In this document: one piece after another, positions 39,252-52,709 of the stretch
Layout of the letters: each line of letters opens with the position of its first letter
Position numbering within the stretch: position 1 is the first letter of the stretch
Origin: Paraspadella gotoi
Lineage: Eukaryota; Animalia; Chaetognatha
Reading direction: 5' to 3'
DNA: 64,000 nt
Assembly (NCBI GenBank): GCA_051294375.1
Contig: CM119263.1
Span: 25,696,436 to 25,760,435 of the forward strand
Notes under the pieces: model-generated
The model's database searches: none
The model's input: only the letters and a program-made list of their open reading frames with translations
What the model was told of the DNA's origin: nothing
Program-made: the position numbers and the translations under genes

Positions 39252-40995
39252 TCCTTTTTTCCATTAAATAAAAAAATATAATGAAAAAAAAGATTTAATA
39301 CAAAGTTTTGAATATATTAATCTTGTATGCATTTAATAGTACCTCACCACTTTTCAAATATTGACTATTTTATATTTTATAGTTAAAAGTTAATCATGTG
39401 ATTGAATTTTTATATAATCACCTGCCAGCACACCTATAATATCTCATAATACATATTATCAAACATTCCTACCAAATATTATTTAAAATTATGTAGCATA
39501 AAACGAGTTATGAACATTTAAAATTTAAGTCAGATAGATTGACAGACCGACAAACCTACCCACCAACTTAGAGAATAATGATTTGAAATTGCTCCCCAAG
39601 CACTCGCACCCAGCTAAAAAGTTATTGATAACTTTATCTAATAACTAATATCTAATAACTTTAAAATAAATATTTTAAATTCCATTTCTCAAGCTTCAAT
39701 TTTTGGCAAAAAAAAGGATTGACTCTATTACTTGGAAGCTTTGGAGAGTTCCTTTAGACAGTTTAAATGTCTTTTAAAGACCAAAAAGAACCTATTAAAA
39801 TGAGTCGTAAAATTTCATATTGTTTATGTAACAATTTTTAGTAAGTCTATTCAGCAGGTCCCTGTAAGCTTTTAATCAAGACTCTCTGTCTCATTTATTC
39901 ACTCCCGGAGTACCTGGCTTCCTTATCAATGAAGTGGTATAATATTTTAAAAAATGTTTCAATTGTATAAAAAGAATATATATAAGAATTTAAATAAGAA
40001 TGTTTCAATTGTATAAAAAGACCACTCATTTAATTAAGTGTTAGATCGGGGAATACTATATTTTACTCTACACAAGCATCAAAAATTCAAAATACAAGGA
40101 GCTGAATTTTATAAAATTGGTACAACCAATATAAAAATTATAATATATAATAATGTAATAGTTTTTTTTTTTACCTAAGAAAACGATGTTTTGGGTTATG
40201 ATTTTAGTACATTTACATAATAACTTAATAAGCAAGAATTATTCCAGAAATTGTCAGAAATGTTATCAATTAGCCTTAATTTTATAATAAAAATAAAAGT
40301 CAATGTCTTGAAGACATCAATTCAAAAAGATTTCTCCTCAAAGTAAATGAAAGGTATTATTTATAATATCAAAATGTGTTTTTCCTTAAATTATTAAATT
40401 AATATTAATATGTTAATTTTAAAGTTAAAGCTTTTAAGAATATATCGTCATCGTCTGATGTATATAAAAAAGAGGTGCCACATTATTGCTTTATGTTTAA
40501 GCCCTAGGGTTACAGATACGTAAAATATTTATTATCTTACTTATTCGTATATATATATATATAATATAATATTTACTCATATATTCTTTAAATATGAAGC
40601 AATTTTATATTTAATACTAAATTTTACCGTGATGATATGAAAAAGGTTTTACCAAAATTTTAAAATTTTAATGTTACAAACTATTTATATTAGCATTTAC
40701 CATAGCCGTTAGGAATCTTATAATCTTATAATCTGAAATTGGTAAAACTTATATCTATTTTTAACTTTTAGATTTAAAATGAATGGCCTTTTAATTTTAG
40801 TAGGGGCGACAGCTAAAACAAAAGATGAAAATCTTTTCTTCGATACGACCTCTCCGCAGCTGTTCTGAAAACTTTGCTTAGTCATTGCTTTAATGCAATT
40901 TGCTAAGCGAGAAAATATTTGCTAAGGTTTGTGTCTATTTGATAATATAAGCACATCTAAATGTTACTCCATCCTCGATACGAGCTGAGTCTATT

Positions 40996-43900
40996 ATGTC
41001 AGCAATAAAGCGATTCTTTGAAAAGAAAAAACTTGACTACAAGTTTAAAAAGCTCGGCGCTGGGCACTCCTTGAATGACCAATCAAAAAAAGATACGCAT
41101 AAAGAAACTCGCGGTGCGGGATTCACAGCAAATGCCGCGTCTTCACCGAATAGGGTAAGTCGTTAGTAAAGAATAATGAAAGCCTAATTTACATTAAAAA
41201 TAAATTGTTTTAATTAAACCTTTGCTTCAGGCTCCTTCCGATGGAGCACTTCGAGCCGCGGAAGCGGCCATGGCTAGAGCTGCGCAACCCAAGCCAGGAA
41301 GCTCGACCCTTGCCGCACAAAAGGCGAAAATTCGTCAGGAAGTGGAGGCAGAGCGGAAGTATCGGATGAGTGCCCCTGAAAGTAGGCATTTATTACAGCA
41401 TAACTAATTAACTACCATTAATGATTTTTAGATCTCACATTCTTGTCTTAAGATCAAGTTGTTGATTGTAAAGTTGAAGAGATTTGTTTTACGGGTCGCC
41501 ACACCCGCAAAGGTGTCCCCTAGTGATGACAGTGAGACAGCCTGTTCATGTAGTCCAGAGCTTTGGATTTGTCAGCAGGCCCATGCCTACTGACTCTGTG
41601 ATGATAGGGCAACCAGACAGCTGCCCCAGGGACTCTCACTATTTCACAGGAGAGTACTAAGCAGGGGATAAAGCGCATGTCTCTTTGCTGAACCTTCTCT
41701 TAATTTTGGTGGCCTTTGTATTGAGTGGCAACTGTGTAGCTCAAACCACATAAGGGCAGAGGAGTATTATCATGCCCGGTTTGCCTGTTTGGGATCACGT
41801 TGGGCTCACCATTGAAGAGGCTAGTTTTACGAGGCGCCATACCCGCAGAGGTGTCACCTAGTAGTGACAGTGAGACAGCCTGTTCATATATTCCAGAGCT
41901 TTGGATCTGACAGCTGACTAATGTAAAAAAAAATTCTTATTGAAATGTTTTCGTATTTCTAAGAACACCTTGATACTGATTGATTATTTAAAAAATTATT
42001 TAAAAAAACAGCTGAAAATAATTTTAATTATACTTGGAAAAAGAAAGCAATTGCTGATTTAAAAAGCTTTAAACAAGATTTTATAACACTTTGACATATT
42101 GTTTCAAAAATCACTATCAAAATTCGATGACAAGTTGTGACCACAATGTCTTTTATTTCTTTTTTCAAAGCGTTGCCGACTGTTACGCAATTAGACTCAG
42201 TACCAATGTGCCGGGTCCGCTATCGCTGCGAACTCTTTGATGAAGAAAGACTCTCCAAATCGGAAATGGAGGAGAGGATCGAGTCTTATCTCCTCGCGCA
42301 GTTGAACGAGGACAAAGCGGAGGCCGCAGCTCTCATGATCAAAACTTTAAACAAAAACTCTGAAAAAGTTCAAACTTGCGTCGATACCTTGAAAAAGATC
42401 TTGCAGGTAGGTTTGTATAAATAATTGCTATTTGATAAGTTTCATAAATTAAGTTTCAAATTTTATATATATAGAACATTACGTCTCATCCCGGTGATGA
42501 TAAGTACCTAAAGATTCGAGTAATGAATCCCGCCTTGCAAGACCGTGTCTTCTCTATCAAAGGAGCCAGACATTTCTTGGAGGGCGCAGGTTTCGAACCG
42601 CAGAAACTCGCGCCTAGTGAAAACGCCGACGAGGAAGATTTCTTAGTGATGGATCCGAGGTCAGTTTTTGTCGTAATTGTTAAACTGCCTCCCCCTAGGA
42701 TTACGAATGCTTTCAGAAAAACACCTGTTACCGGGTGGTAAAATACGGCTACTAATATGACCGTCGCCAATTACTCATGAATGGATTGTGAGATTCACTT
42801 CAAATTTTGTATGTGGGTAGGAAAGTGTGTGATTGAGCAGGAAATCAAGTTTCGTTGGAATCGTCCAAGTGGAAATGAGTTAAAATGGGAAAAAAAATAT
42901 ATATTTCACAATTTAATTAAGCTTTTTTCTCTTTTTATTAAATGTTAACTCGAGATACATTAATTAATTTTTGATAAAATAGTAATTAATTAGTGATTTT
43001 GTAATTAATTAATTTAATAATTTTTGTATTCGAAATTGTTATTTTGTGATTGAGGGGCGAGACAAAATGGAAAACGATTTTGACGCGATTAAAAAAAATT
43101 AATATTTATTTTTTAATTTATTAATTGATTAATTATCTGATCAGCTGCTTACCGCTAATGATCGTGGGCAGATCAGGCATTGTTTGCTCAACTTGTTTTA
43201 AAAAGCTTGAGGACTTTAAAAGATCAACGAAATGGGAGATAAACTAGTGAAAGCTTTAAAATTTAAATATGGAGGAGCAGATGGTGGATGATGATAAAAG
43301 GAGGAATAGAAAATAAAAAACGGAGCAGCTATCTGCTCCCATCTATATGTTTGATTAATGAATCTATTGTATCAGCCTGAGTCTCCGTCTTGCGTATTCC
43401 TTAGAATATTTTTTGACAAAATATTTTTACTATTTGATCGAGATAAAAATAAATATAGTCATTCCGTGATAAACGAACATAACAGTAAACGGGGCTACCA
43501 AAAGGATGGGATTTATAGATATTATGGCAACAACCGGGTTGCCTGTGATGCCCATTGGAATGGGGCATCTCACTATTGGCTTTGGGGTCTTCCTACCCTC
43601 AGTGACGACTCCTGTCACTGACGCGGTTACCCTAGGACGGTCTCGCTTTGCCAACGCAGAGGGAAGTTAGGACTGTGGATGGACCGAAACGCTTGGGATG
43701 GTGCGTTCCCCCTCTGAGCCAATGGTATTGGCTAAACGATGGTGGATGTGAGGCGGTGTGAATATACAGCCACAATATCATCTATAAAAAAGCAGAGCCG
43801 AGAATTTTTTAAAAAGAAAATCTTACAATTATAATTATTTTTTTTACCACAGTTCCTCCTTCCTTCCCAACTCGGCCCTTAGCTAACTTACTTAAATAGA

Positions 43901-45087
43901 CGCTAATTACTCGATTAGTAACTGGCGACCTCTCTTGACTCGATGACCCATTTTTCGTGAGAACTCGCCATTGGCTAAAATTCGATCGCTTCGACTTGTA
44001 TTTAGGCGAGTCACGGATTCGACCCTCGTCGAAAATCTCATCGAAATACTCGAAGATGCAGAACCTATTGTGCCCATTCTGGACAATGACCCTCGTCTTT
44101 TTTACCCGACTCCCAAAATCAACGCCTTTAACGTCCCTGATGAATTTTATGCCATATCGCCTGGTGAGATTTCCTAGTTAAATTTTAATGATTTTATTTA
44201 TTTACATATATTTTATTTCAATTCGCTTTTTTTTGGCGCCCATTACTTTTTTTCCAATAAAATTATAATAAATGGAAACAATTGTTTAAAAAAAATTGCT
44301 CTATTTTAAAGAGAAATATTGGCGAAAAAAATAATACGAATCTATTTGTAAATCCTACTACGAATTACTAAATAGTATTTAAAATACTAAACATAAGTTT
44401 TTCCTACTTTGTTTTACGTATCACAGAGGAGTTGAAACGTGAGCAGCAGCTTCGTCAAGAAGCCACCGAGAAGCTTGGAATGTTGAGGACGAAGGCGATG
44501 AGGGAACGAGACGAGCAGCGCGAATTACGCAAGTATCGATTCACGGTCATAAGAGCAAGATTTCCGGACGGGCTCATCCTTCAAGGTAACGGGATCTGGT
44601 AGGAGGTGAAAGGTCAGTGTCAGTGAAACAAGTTTTTATCTTTTTTCTGTCACGAATGTTGTTTGATTGGAACTAAAAGGACCTGTTTAGATTTTAAATT
44701 TTATTTTTGGCGGCGATTTCTGATTTTGCTTTATGGCTAGTAATTCTTGCTAACTTTATTCCATGTTATGCAGTCACTACGTTTTTTTTTTTTTTTGGTT
44801 TTTTTTCAGGCACTTTTCCGGCCCGCGCCAAACTCTCAATCTTGACGGACTTCATCCGGTCCTCCCTCTCATTCGACTGGCTTCCCTTCCACTTGGTGGC
44901 TCCAACAGCGGGAGGTCGTCTGGGCGACGCTGATGAGGACAAAATGCTCGTCGAAGTTGGCCTCGTCCCGTCGGCGGTAGTCAGCGTCGAGTTCGAGGAG
45001 GAGGTGGTGCGACAGTGCAAGAAATCGGTTGGAACGGATTTTTATTACGTCAACGATCATCTTCTTTCCAGCGTTGAAAAGCTTTGA
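40996..45087 (+). CDS. UBXN6: UBX domain protein 6 (UBXD1), p97/VCP adaptor
   Basis: Exons 40996-41154, 41231-41381, 42171-42406, 42475-42659, 44006-44163, 44427-44585, 44810-45087. N-terminus IKRFFEKKKLDYKFKKLGAGHSL, VIM-like AAEAAMAR, PUB domain (HPGDDKYLKIRVMN) and UBX domain (RARFPDGLILQGTF). Confidence 0.92.
41473..41914. repeat. Intronic repeat with about 100-bp direct repeats about 338 bp apart
   Basis: TTTTACG...GACAGTGAGACAGCCTGTTCAT...CCAGAGCTTTGGAT at about 41487 and 41825. Confidence 0.7.
43520..43775 (+). repeat. Dispersed GC-rich repeat family C (SINE- or LINE-UTR-like)
   Basis: Reverse copy is split into 60125-60285 and 59540-59632. Confidence 0.75.
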
Positions 45088-45331
45088 AAAAGAAAAACTA
45101 TCGAGGACAAGTCATAAAGCTCTATTATTTCAAATGGAATAGGTCTTCTCTCTTCCTCATTGTAATTTTCGTGATACCGTATTTTTTTTGGTGCCATTTT
45201 TCGTACTATGATTATCCATATATTTTTAAACCTTTTTTCACAAAGTCAGTCGGTAACTCTGCGTCCTGAGTTTTTTTTCCTTCTTCGTTATTTTCGCCGT
45301 TATGTTTCGGTGAAGGTTCTCGAATCGACGA

Positions 45332-47590
45332 ATGGCAGAGATACATTCTTTGCGTCACCGTCTTCCCCGTTTGCGGCGGCCGCGAGTCAAGAGCGAGTCA
45401 CGTGACGCCTCCACCGCCGACGACGATGTAGTCTCTCCGGCGCGTTCTGCGGTCGGCAGGATCCAACGAAACGGCCGCATGATAAGGGACTTTCTACACA
45501 GAGCGACGGAGCCGCGATCGAGAGTACAGCGAAACGGCTCCAACGCTGCGGCGGCCGTCTTCGAGCCGTCCGTTTGGGATAGAGGCACGGCGCGACCGTC
45601 CACGTCATTGTCTGCGTCCGAATCAAGACATCGAAATCGTCGTGGCAGAGCCTCTTCCGACGAGCGATCGGAGATGAGTCGCGACCGGAGAGAAAGAGGT
45701 AAGAATTTTTAAGGTAATGGAGATTGGAGACGTCAAGACGTCAGAATCGAAAGAATCGTCAGAATCCAAAACGAAAACAAAATTTAATCCCTTTTCCCCC
45801 GGTCGTATTTTCCACCAGATCGAAGGGCGGATTCTTCTCGCTCCACGATGTCGTCACATTCGACCTCTGGTCCGTCTCGACGCCGTCCCTCCCGACAAAG
45901 CGCCTCCTACGGCCAACTCGTGGACGAGTCACGTCGAACCGTCGCTGGATCTCGTTCCTCCGGTCCATCGTTCCGCTCGGCCAGCCCATCGCACCCGACG
46001 CCGTCCACCTCGAGGGGGCCTGCGGCATCCTCGAGACTACCACCGTCGAGACGTGAATCTCAACGACACCGTGAAACCCGCGACCGTCCGCAGCCATCGC
46101 GAAGCGTCCCTTCTCGAAACGCGCACAATCCCTCTCGGCCAAGAAAGAGGCCGAAGATGCTTTGGAACGCCTCCACCGCATCGGATGACGACGATACTAC
46201 GTCCTCCTCGCCCTCGCCGTCGTCGCGTTCGGAACGGAGCGTGAGTGACGCGCAAGCGACAGACGGCGTAGATTCTTCAGGCGATGGTTTTGACGGTGGC
46301 GGAAACGACACGCCCACCACGCAATCGTCATACGTTTCCAACTCTGGATCCGGCTCACCTCCGTCCGACTCGTCTCGACGACGCCGAGGTCGAAACCGCC
46401 GCACAGTTTCCCCCGCCTTTCGACGTTCGTCTTCTCGCTCTTCATCTCGCCCTCCGCCCAGCCCTCTGTCTCGCACTCCGCCCAGTCCTCAGCCTTTTCA
46501 ACGGCACTCGCCCGCTCGGACCGCAACCTCCCGTTCTTTAACAGGCGCTGTATCCCGCGCGAGAGCCTTTGGCAGATCTTCACGCCGGTCTGCGGTTCAA
46601 ATCGCTCGTCGAGGTCCTGCCTTCCGCCCGTCGGGCACTCGTCTCCATCAATATGGAATCCGGCGTAGTAGAAGGAGACGTTCCTCCTCTACTTCTTCAT
46701 CCTCATCTTCAACAGAAGAGAGCGACACTGAATCGTCTTCCCTCACCTCCGAAGCGTCTCATTCGAATGGCGACGCCGAAGACGCCGATTCTGAAGATCC
46801 TCGTCGCGCTACCATAGACGACTTTACTCGTTCCCGATCGAATGACGAAACCTCCAGCGCTCACGCCTCCTCAGACAGCGAGCTCAGCTCGGGCAGCGAC
46901 TCTGAGTCCGATCGCAACGTTCATCGTCGCACGGAGCGTCGCGGCGCGGCGATGCGCAATCGTCAGCGCCGCCGCCTGCAGCAGCGCAGCACCGTTGCTG
47001 GAATGCTGTCTGACATCTTTGCCGCTTCCGAGATATTTTCCTCGCGCGCCGATGACGACAGCGAAGACGACAGCCTACGGTTCGATCCGGACGACGACGC
47101 AAGACGTCCCGTCGGCGACGGCGGCGACGAGGAAGGCGACGATCCCAACGATGATAGTGACGATTCCTCGTTAACAACTGTCTACCTCAACAGCGACGAA
47201 GATGAACAGCGGCCAAGGGGATTGATAGAAAAGCAGATTCAACGGCTGCCTGTCATTCTTTACGCGCCGCCCGCAAAGATCGCTCCTCTCGCTCCCCCGC
47301 CGGCTCAATCCTCCAAGAAGAAGGGAAAACGTTCTCATCGGGAATCTAAGTCCGGGTGTAAATCCTCGGCGCCGCCGCCGCCAAAGTCCCTGGAGGTATC
47401 AGATGAGCCTTTGGACCCTGATCGCGTTCAGTGCTCCATCTGCATGTGCGACTACGCTGACGGAGATCCCTTACGTCTTCTCCTCTGCTTCCATCGCTTT
47501 CACAAGGATTGTATCGATCCTTGGCTTGGCCAACAGGCTCAGTGCCCGATCTGTCGGACGAGCATCGAAATACCTGAGGATGGCTCCTGA
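45332..47590 (+). CDS. RING-H2 E3 ubiquitin ligase with a long Ser/Arg/Asp-rich disordered region
   Basis: Exons 45332-45698 and 45819-47590 join in phase 1. C-terminal CSICMCDYADGDPLRLLLCFHRFHKDCIDPWLGQQAQCPICR preceded by GLIEKQIQRLP. Confidence 0.9.
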
Positions 47591-48018
47591 GTCCTAAGAC
47601 AGTCTTCATACTCCGATTGCCTCGGACTTTTTTCTTATTACATATTTTCTAAGTCCTAAAAAAATTTCTCTTCGCTCATTACCTTTTTTTCCAGAGTAGC
47701 CTTTAACCTAGATAAAAGAATTAGCTGAACAATGTCTGGGAGTTTCTATTAAAAATTTTGTCGTTTTATTTTCTTCCCTTAATCCCTCGTCTTTTTTTAT
47801 TTCCAAGGAAAATACAGTAATTTTTGATTTGCTTTTGCTTTATTGTTGTTACTTGTATTGTTATTGTTTTTGTCGTCAATCTTTGTTAGATTAGCCAATT
47901 TTTTTAATTGTTTGATTTTGAAATTAATTTTATTTACGACCAACCGTAGTGAAGCATTAAAAATACATCGTCATATATCGGCCTTGTCGCCAAAAATCGG
48001 CGAAAAAAACAAGGACTA

Positions 48019-49908
48019 ATGAGCAAAAAATTCAATCCGCGAACCTTCCTGCCAGAGTGTTGGGCCGAAATGGTGAAATGCTGCTGTTGCTACTGCCTTC
48101 GGGCCGACTGCGCCGGCGTCGGTGCCAGCGTCTGGACGCCTGAAGAGCAGATGGCCGTGGAGAACCTTTCGCTTTATCTTGAAAAGCGATCACCGCTTTT
48201 GCAAAACGATTGTGCACCCGAACTGAAACAAAGCCTCAACGTGTCCGTCAACAGGGAACGCCTTTTGGCCTTGAATCTTCTCTCGTCCTCTGAGCGGGTG
48301 ACGCAACGACGCGAAGCGGCAGAAAGGGTAGTTTCTCTTAGCCACATGATGCTAGCAAAAGGTGAGGACTCCAGCAAAAAATATTATTAATGTTCGCTTC
48401 GCTCGTTTCACCGGAAGAGAAAATAATTGTATTTATATCATAATATTTCTTGTCATTTTACGGTATATTGCAGTTAAAATCAAGGTAAATGATTTGTTTG
48501 ACTATAAAAATAAGTTTTGATATTCTACATAGTACATATTTAATCAGGAGTCTCCTTGCCGCTGGACATGGCCGAAACGCTGGTCCGCCTCCTCCAAACG
48601 CTCGACTTTCAAGTCCAGTGCCAGACCTCCCTTGTCATCAGTAACTACGCCTCCGCGCCGGACGAAACCTGCAAAGCCCTCAACCTCCGCGTCCTGCGAT
48701 CGGGAGGCGTTATCCCCAGCTTGCTCCCGCTTCTCACCTCTCGTTCACTGGAAGTTCGATGGCACTCTACCGGCGCCATCACCGCCTTGACGCAGTTGCC
48801 GCCTAAAGGGGGCGCCGTCACTCTGGCTGAGGAGACTACCGTCGTGCGCAACCACCTGTTGACTCTGGGCGTGGTTCCATCTCTGCTCGAGCTACTTCAA
48901 CCGCCGCATGAGGCCGTCATGGTCAACAACGTGGTGGGAGCCCTTCTCAACCTCTCCCATTTTGAGAACGGTCGTTCTCAGATTGTCTTGTCCGGCGGCG
49001 TGCCCGTTTTAGTCAATTCAATGAGGTATTTGTTGGACGAGTGCCTCCCGCACGGGAGTTCTTCCACCGACTCGTCGGTCTCTTCTCCGTCCACGGGTTC
49101 GGATTCAGGAAAAGCAGGGGTCATCGAGGATCTGAGCCTTTTCTATTCCGTCGCCACCTTAACGAACCTCTGCGTCTCTCGGCACTACCGCACGATGATC
49201 GTGGGCGTCGGCGGCTTCGACGCCATCGAGCACCTCGTTGATATCCTCGACAGCTTCAACTCTACCTCCGACGAAGTCGTCAAGCAGGCATGCGTCCTGC
49301 TGCGCAATCTTGCCATAGAGACGGATCACCAGTTGCTGCTTGTCAAGCGCGGGCTTCTCACGTCCATGGAGAATCTTTTTGCACATCTTTGCCGCCAACT
49401 GGCAAAGCACTCGCCTGCCGCCAGCCTGAGGCACGTAAAAATATTCGAGGCATCATTGAAGACCCTTGCCGAGGCTCTCAACTGCCTGGAAAATCTCTCT
49501 CTTCACCCGCACTGCCGCGAAGCCTTGGCCAATCAGAATAAACTCGTCGACGAACTCCTTCGAATCCTGAAGATGCGTTGTGCAGCTTCCTCGCGGGGCG
49601 GCGCCTTTAATGTCATTTCGCGCCTCGTCGAATCACGGCTGTTGGATGCCGACAGTTTCGCCGCCAATGTCCAGGACGCTTTGTGTGTCTTCGCATTGGA
49701 AAAGTTGGAGGAAAACGCGAAACCAGAGGAGGCTGTGGAAGTATTGTTGCTGTTGAACGGTTATTTCTCTGGCCTTGACGAATTTACAAAAAACTCGCTG
49801 CGAGGGACCGATGCACGTTTGGCTTTGAAGAGAATCGTTAAACTCCGACTCGAAGATGCGACGGAGTCTTCAATCCGTATTTATAAAGAGTTTTTAGATA
49901 AAAATTAA
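48019..49908 (+). CDS. Vac8-like armadillo-repeat protein
   Basis: Exons 48019-48361 and 48548-49908 (phase 1). N-terminal Cys cluster, EQMAVENLSLYLE, and ARM motifs GALLNLSHFENGRSQIVLSGGVPVLV and KQACVLLRNLAIETDHQL, resembling yeast Vac8 as recalled. Confidence 0.8.
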
Positions 49909-50402
49909 AATGGTTGTTTGAATTAATGTTTTGCTACTTAATCGTTTAGGAATTAATAATAATATGTATGGTTTTTTTTTCCGGGATGGTACATCTATGG
50001 AGAAGATCTTTTATTGATCTTGGGGGGATGTATTTTATCTGGTGAACTATTGTTAGTTTATTGGCATAGTCCCAGTTGTGTTAATTGTTATCATTTATCA
50101 TGGTTGATTGCCTTGTTAACTTTTGATATTTTTTCGATTTTATTAATTGAACATTATATAGCAGTATATATTTGCATACTTTATTTTTCTTGATAGCGCT
50201 GAAAAACATGCATCGACGGCAATGATGACATATTCGACTCACCCGTTCTCCTTCATTCGTATCCTCGTCATGTTTGACCGTCATTGACTCCATCGTTTGC
50301 CTTCCCCCCCTTTTTCGCTCCCTTTCCCCCTTCCCCGTCGCGACCTAGACAATTATTTTTAATTTATTCTTCTCGATCGCTCAAGTGCCTTCTCAGTAGA
50401 AA

Positions 50403-51137
50403 ATGCGAGAGTTCAAAGTCGTCGTGCTCGGCAGCGGCGGCGTTGGGAAGTCGGCGCTGTCCGTCAAGTTCGTCAGCGGAAACTTTATAGAGAAATACGA
50501 CCCAACGATAGAAGATTTCTACCGGTGAGTGTGGGAGTAATCGGTTTTTTATTATTAACAATAATATGTGGAAGTCAACGAGATAGAAGTTTTATAATGA
50601 CTGAGGCGCACTTTGCAGAATTGCTCAATTACTTTTTAGGAAAGAGATCGAAGTTGAAGGACAGCCGTCCGTGTTAGAAATCCTGGACACTGCGGGAACG
50701 GAACAGTTTGCCTCCATGCGGGACTTGTACATTAAAAACGGCCAAGGCTTCATAGTCGTTTACAGCATCACCAACCGCCAAACCTTTCACGATATCAAGA
50801 GCATGAAGGAACAAATACAACGAGTTAAAGGTTATCAGTCACTCCCTATTTATTAATAAAAAACAAACACTCGATTGCGACCTTTTCTTTCCTTTTCAAT
50901 CCAGGTCAGGTTCGAGTTCCCGTCATTCTCGTCGGCAACAAAAACGACTTAGAGCGACATCGCCAGGTCTCTCAAGCTGAAGGGCGGAGCTTAGCTGACT
51001 CATGGGCAGCGCCTTTCATGGAGACCTCAGCCAAAACTAACACCAACGTCGACGACATGTTCGTTGAAATCGTTCGCGAGATGAACGCGAGAACTCAGAA
51101 AGAAAAAAATGAAAATACTTGCTGCATCCTCCTCTAA
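50403..51137 (+). CDS. RAP2: Ras-related GTPase Rap2
   Basis: Exons 50403-50524, 50640-50830, 50905-51137. [60 protein letters not shown] and CAAX CCILL. Confidence 0.95.
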
Positions 51138-52709
51138 AGTTAAACTCACTTATGATCATCCTCTTCAACAAAAATAGCCTCAGGTCCGAAACCAAGAACT
51201 CGCGTTTTTCCGTGGATGATGGATAATTTCAGATGGGAGGAAAAAGGGGTTTGTCTCCAATTTGAGCTGTTGTACGTCTACAGATCTGGAGGAAGCGAAA
51301 AAAACAAAAAAACAATGCTACAGATCGCTTTCGACAATTATGTTCGTTTTAAATGTTTGTTACAGTTAATATTGAAACGTTTTGGAAATATTACTGTGAG
51401 CTAATTCGCGTATTTCCTTTCTCAATTCGCTAATTTTACATCTTTCTAACCGTGCTTGTCTCGTCGGTCATGAGAGAAAAAGCTAGTGATAGTGTATTGT
51501 CCCAGTCAGGTGAATGCACACGTGCATTTTTTCTTATTCAGACAATCATTATGTAGAATAAGATGAAAGTCACTACTATAGCCTCACAGACGTTTCTTCT
51601 TATTAACTTTTTCGTTACTATAATGATAAGGAGTGGATTTCCTAAGTGACCATTGTGTAAAGATGAACTTAGGATCTCAAATCTTTGCTTGTTTCTTTGG
51701 AGACGGCATACATGAATGAATATATTTTACTCTAAATTTGATATCTTTGATAGTGTTTTTACATGTTGCTTCACATAGGTGTCTTAGTTTAGACCCTAAT
51801 TCTTAGTGGTAAGTTAATTTTTTTATACTTAATTTGTGTTATTTTTAGAACTTTGCAATTAGCGCGTTTTGACATTCTAACGAATTGATTTCATCTGCAT
51901 ACGTCACCATAAATGCCTTGCCTCGCCTTTTATTAGTCTATAAAAGAAATTTTTTCAGCAGATAAACGGCTTACTTTGAAATCGTCTTTATTTTTCGGTG
52001 CCTCCCGTAAAATAGTATTATCGTATTGCTTTCAAAAACATATCTTATGCCTGCTCTACAAACAAGGGTTTTTTTTTTATTTTTAGAAGTGCCTTATGAT
52101 GATTTACTTAGCTCAACATTCATAAATTACTTAATTGGTTGCGTGACTAGCAATCCTTTGCAACGTTAATACGAAAGGCTTTTTAGAGATGAAAGCTCAA
52201 GAATAAAATTCACAGAATAAAATTTGTAACGATTGTTTAACATTGAAAACGAGTTTTTATTCCTAGATTTCCTGCTTTTTAATTTTATCTATTTCCATCT
52301 TTTCTCGCATAGAAAAATGAAATGCATTAAATAGGGAGTAAAAAGTTGCTTCTTATTTTATAATTTTTTCCTGTCAATAATCAATTATTTTGGAGTTAAT
52401 CCGATTGCCTTATCGTACTGACGAACAAAAAACTTACGTTAATATATATATACGTGCTTTTTTTTCCTGGTGCATTTTTTGTGTTTTCCATTGCATTCTT
52501 AGTATTTTAAGTGGACCCCTTTAGAGCTAGCTCCCCTTTACGCTCTCATCCTGGGATGCATTGTTTATTGCATAATTAATTGAAATCGAGTCATATTATT
52601 TGAAGTACTAAGGTTTCTTTAATTCATTCTTGGAAAGTTTAAACTGTTCCATTGCTTTTTTTGATATTAAGCAGGTTAAGTTAGGTCATGAGCTATGATA
52701 GAAAATAGA

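Noticed and set aside
48474-48484. 11-nt micro-exon candidate in the Vac8-like gene (CAG|TTAAAATCAAG|GTAAAT)
   Set aside because: Inclusion breaks the frame, whereas direct phase-1 splicing 48361 to 48548 is in frame; unresolved without cDNA.
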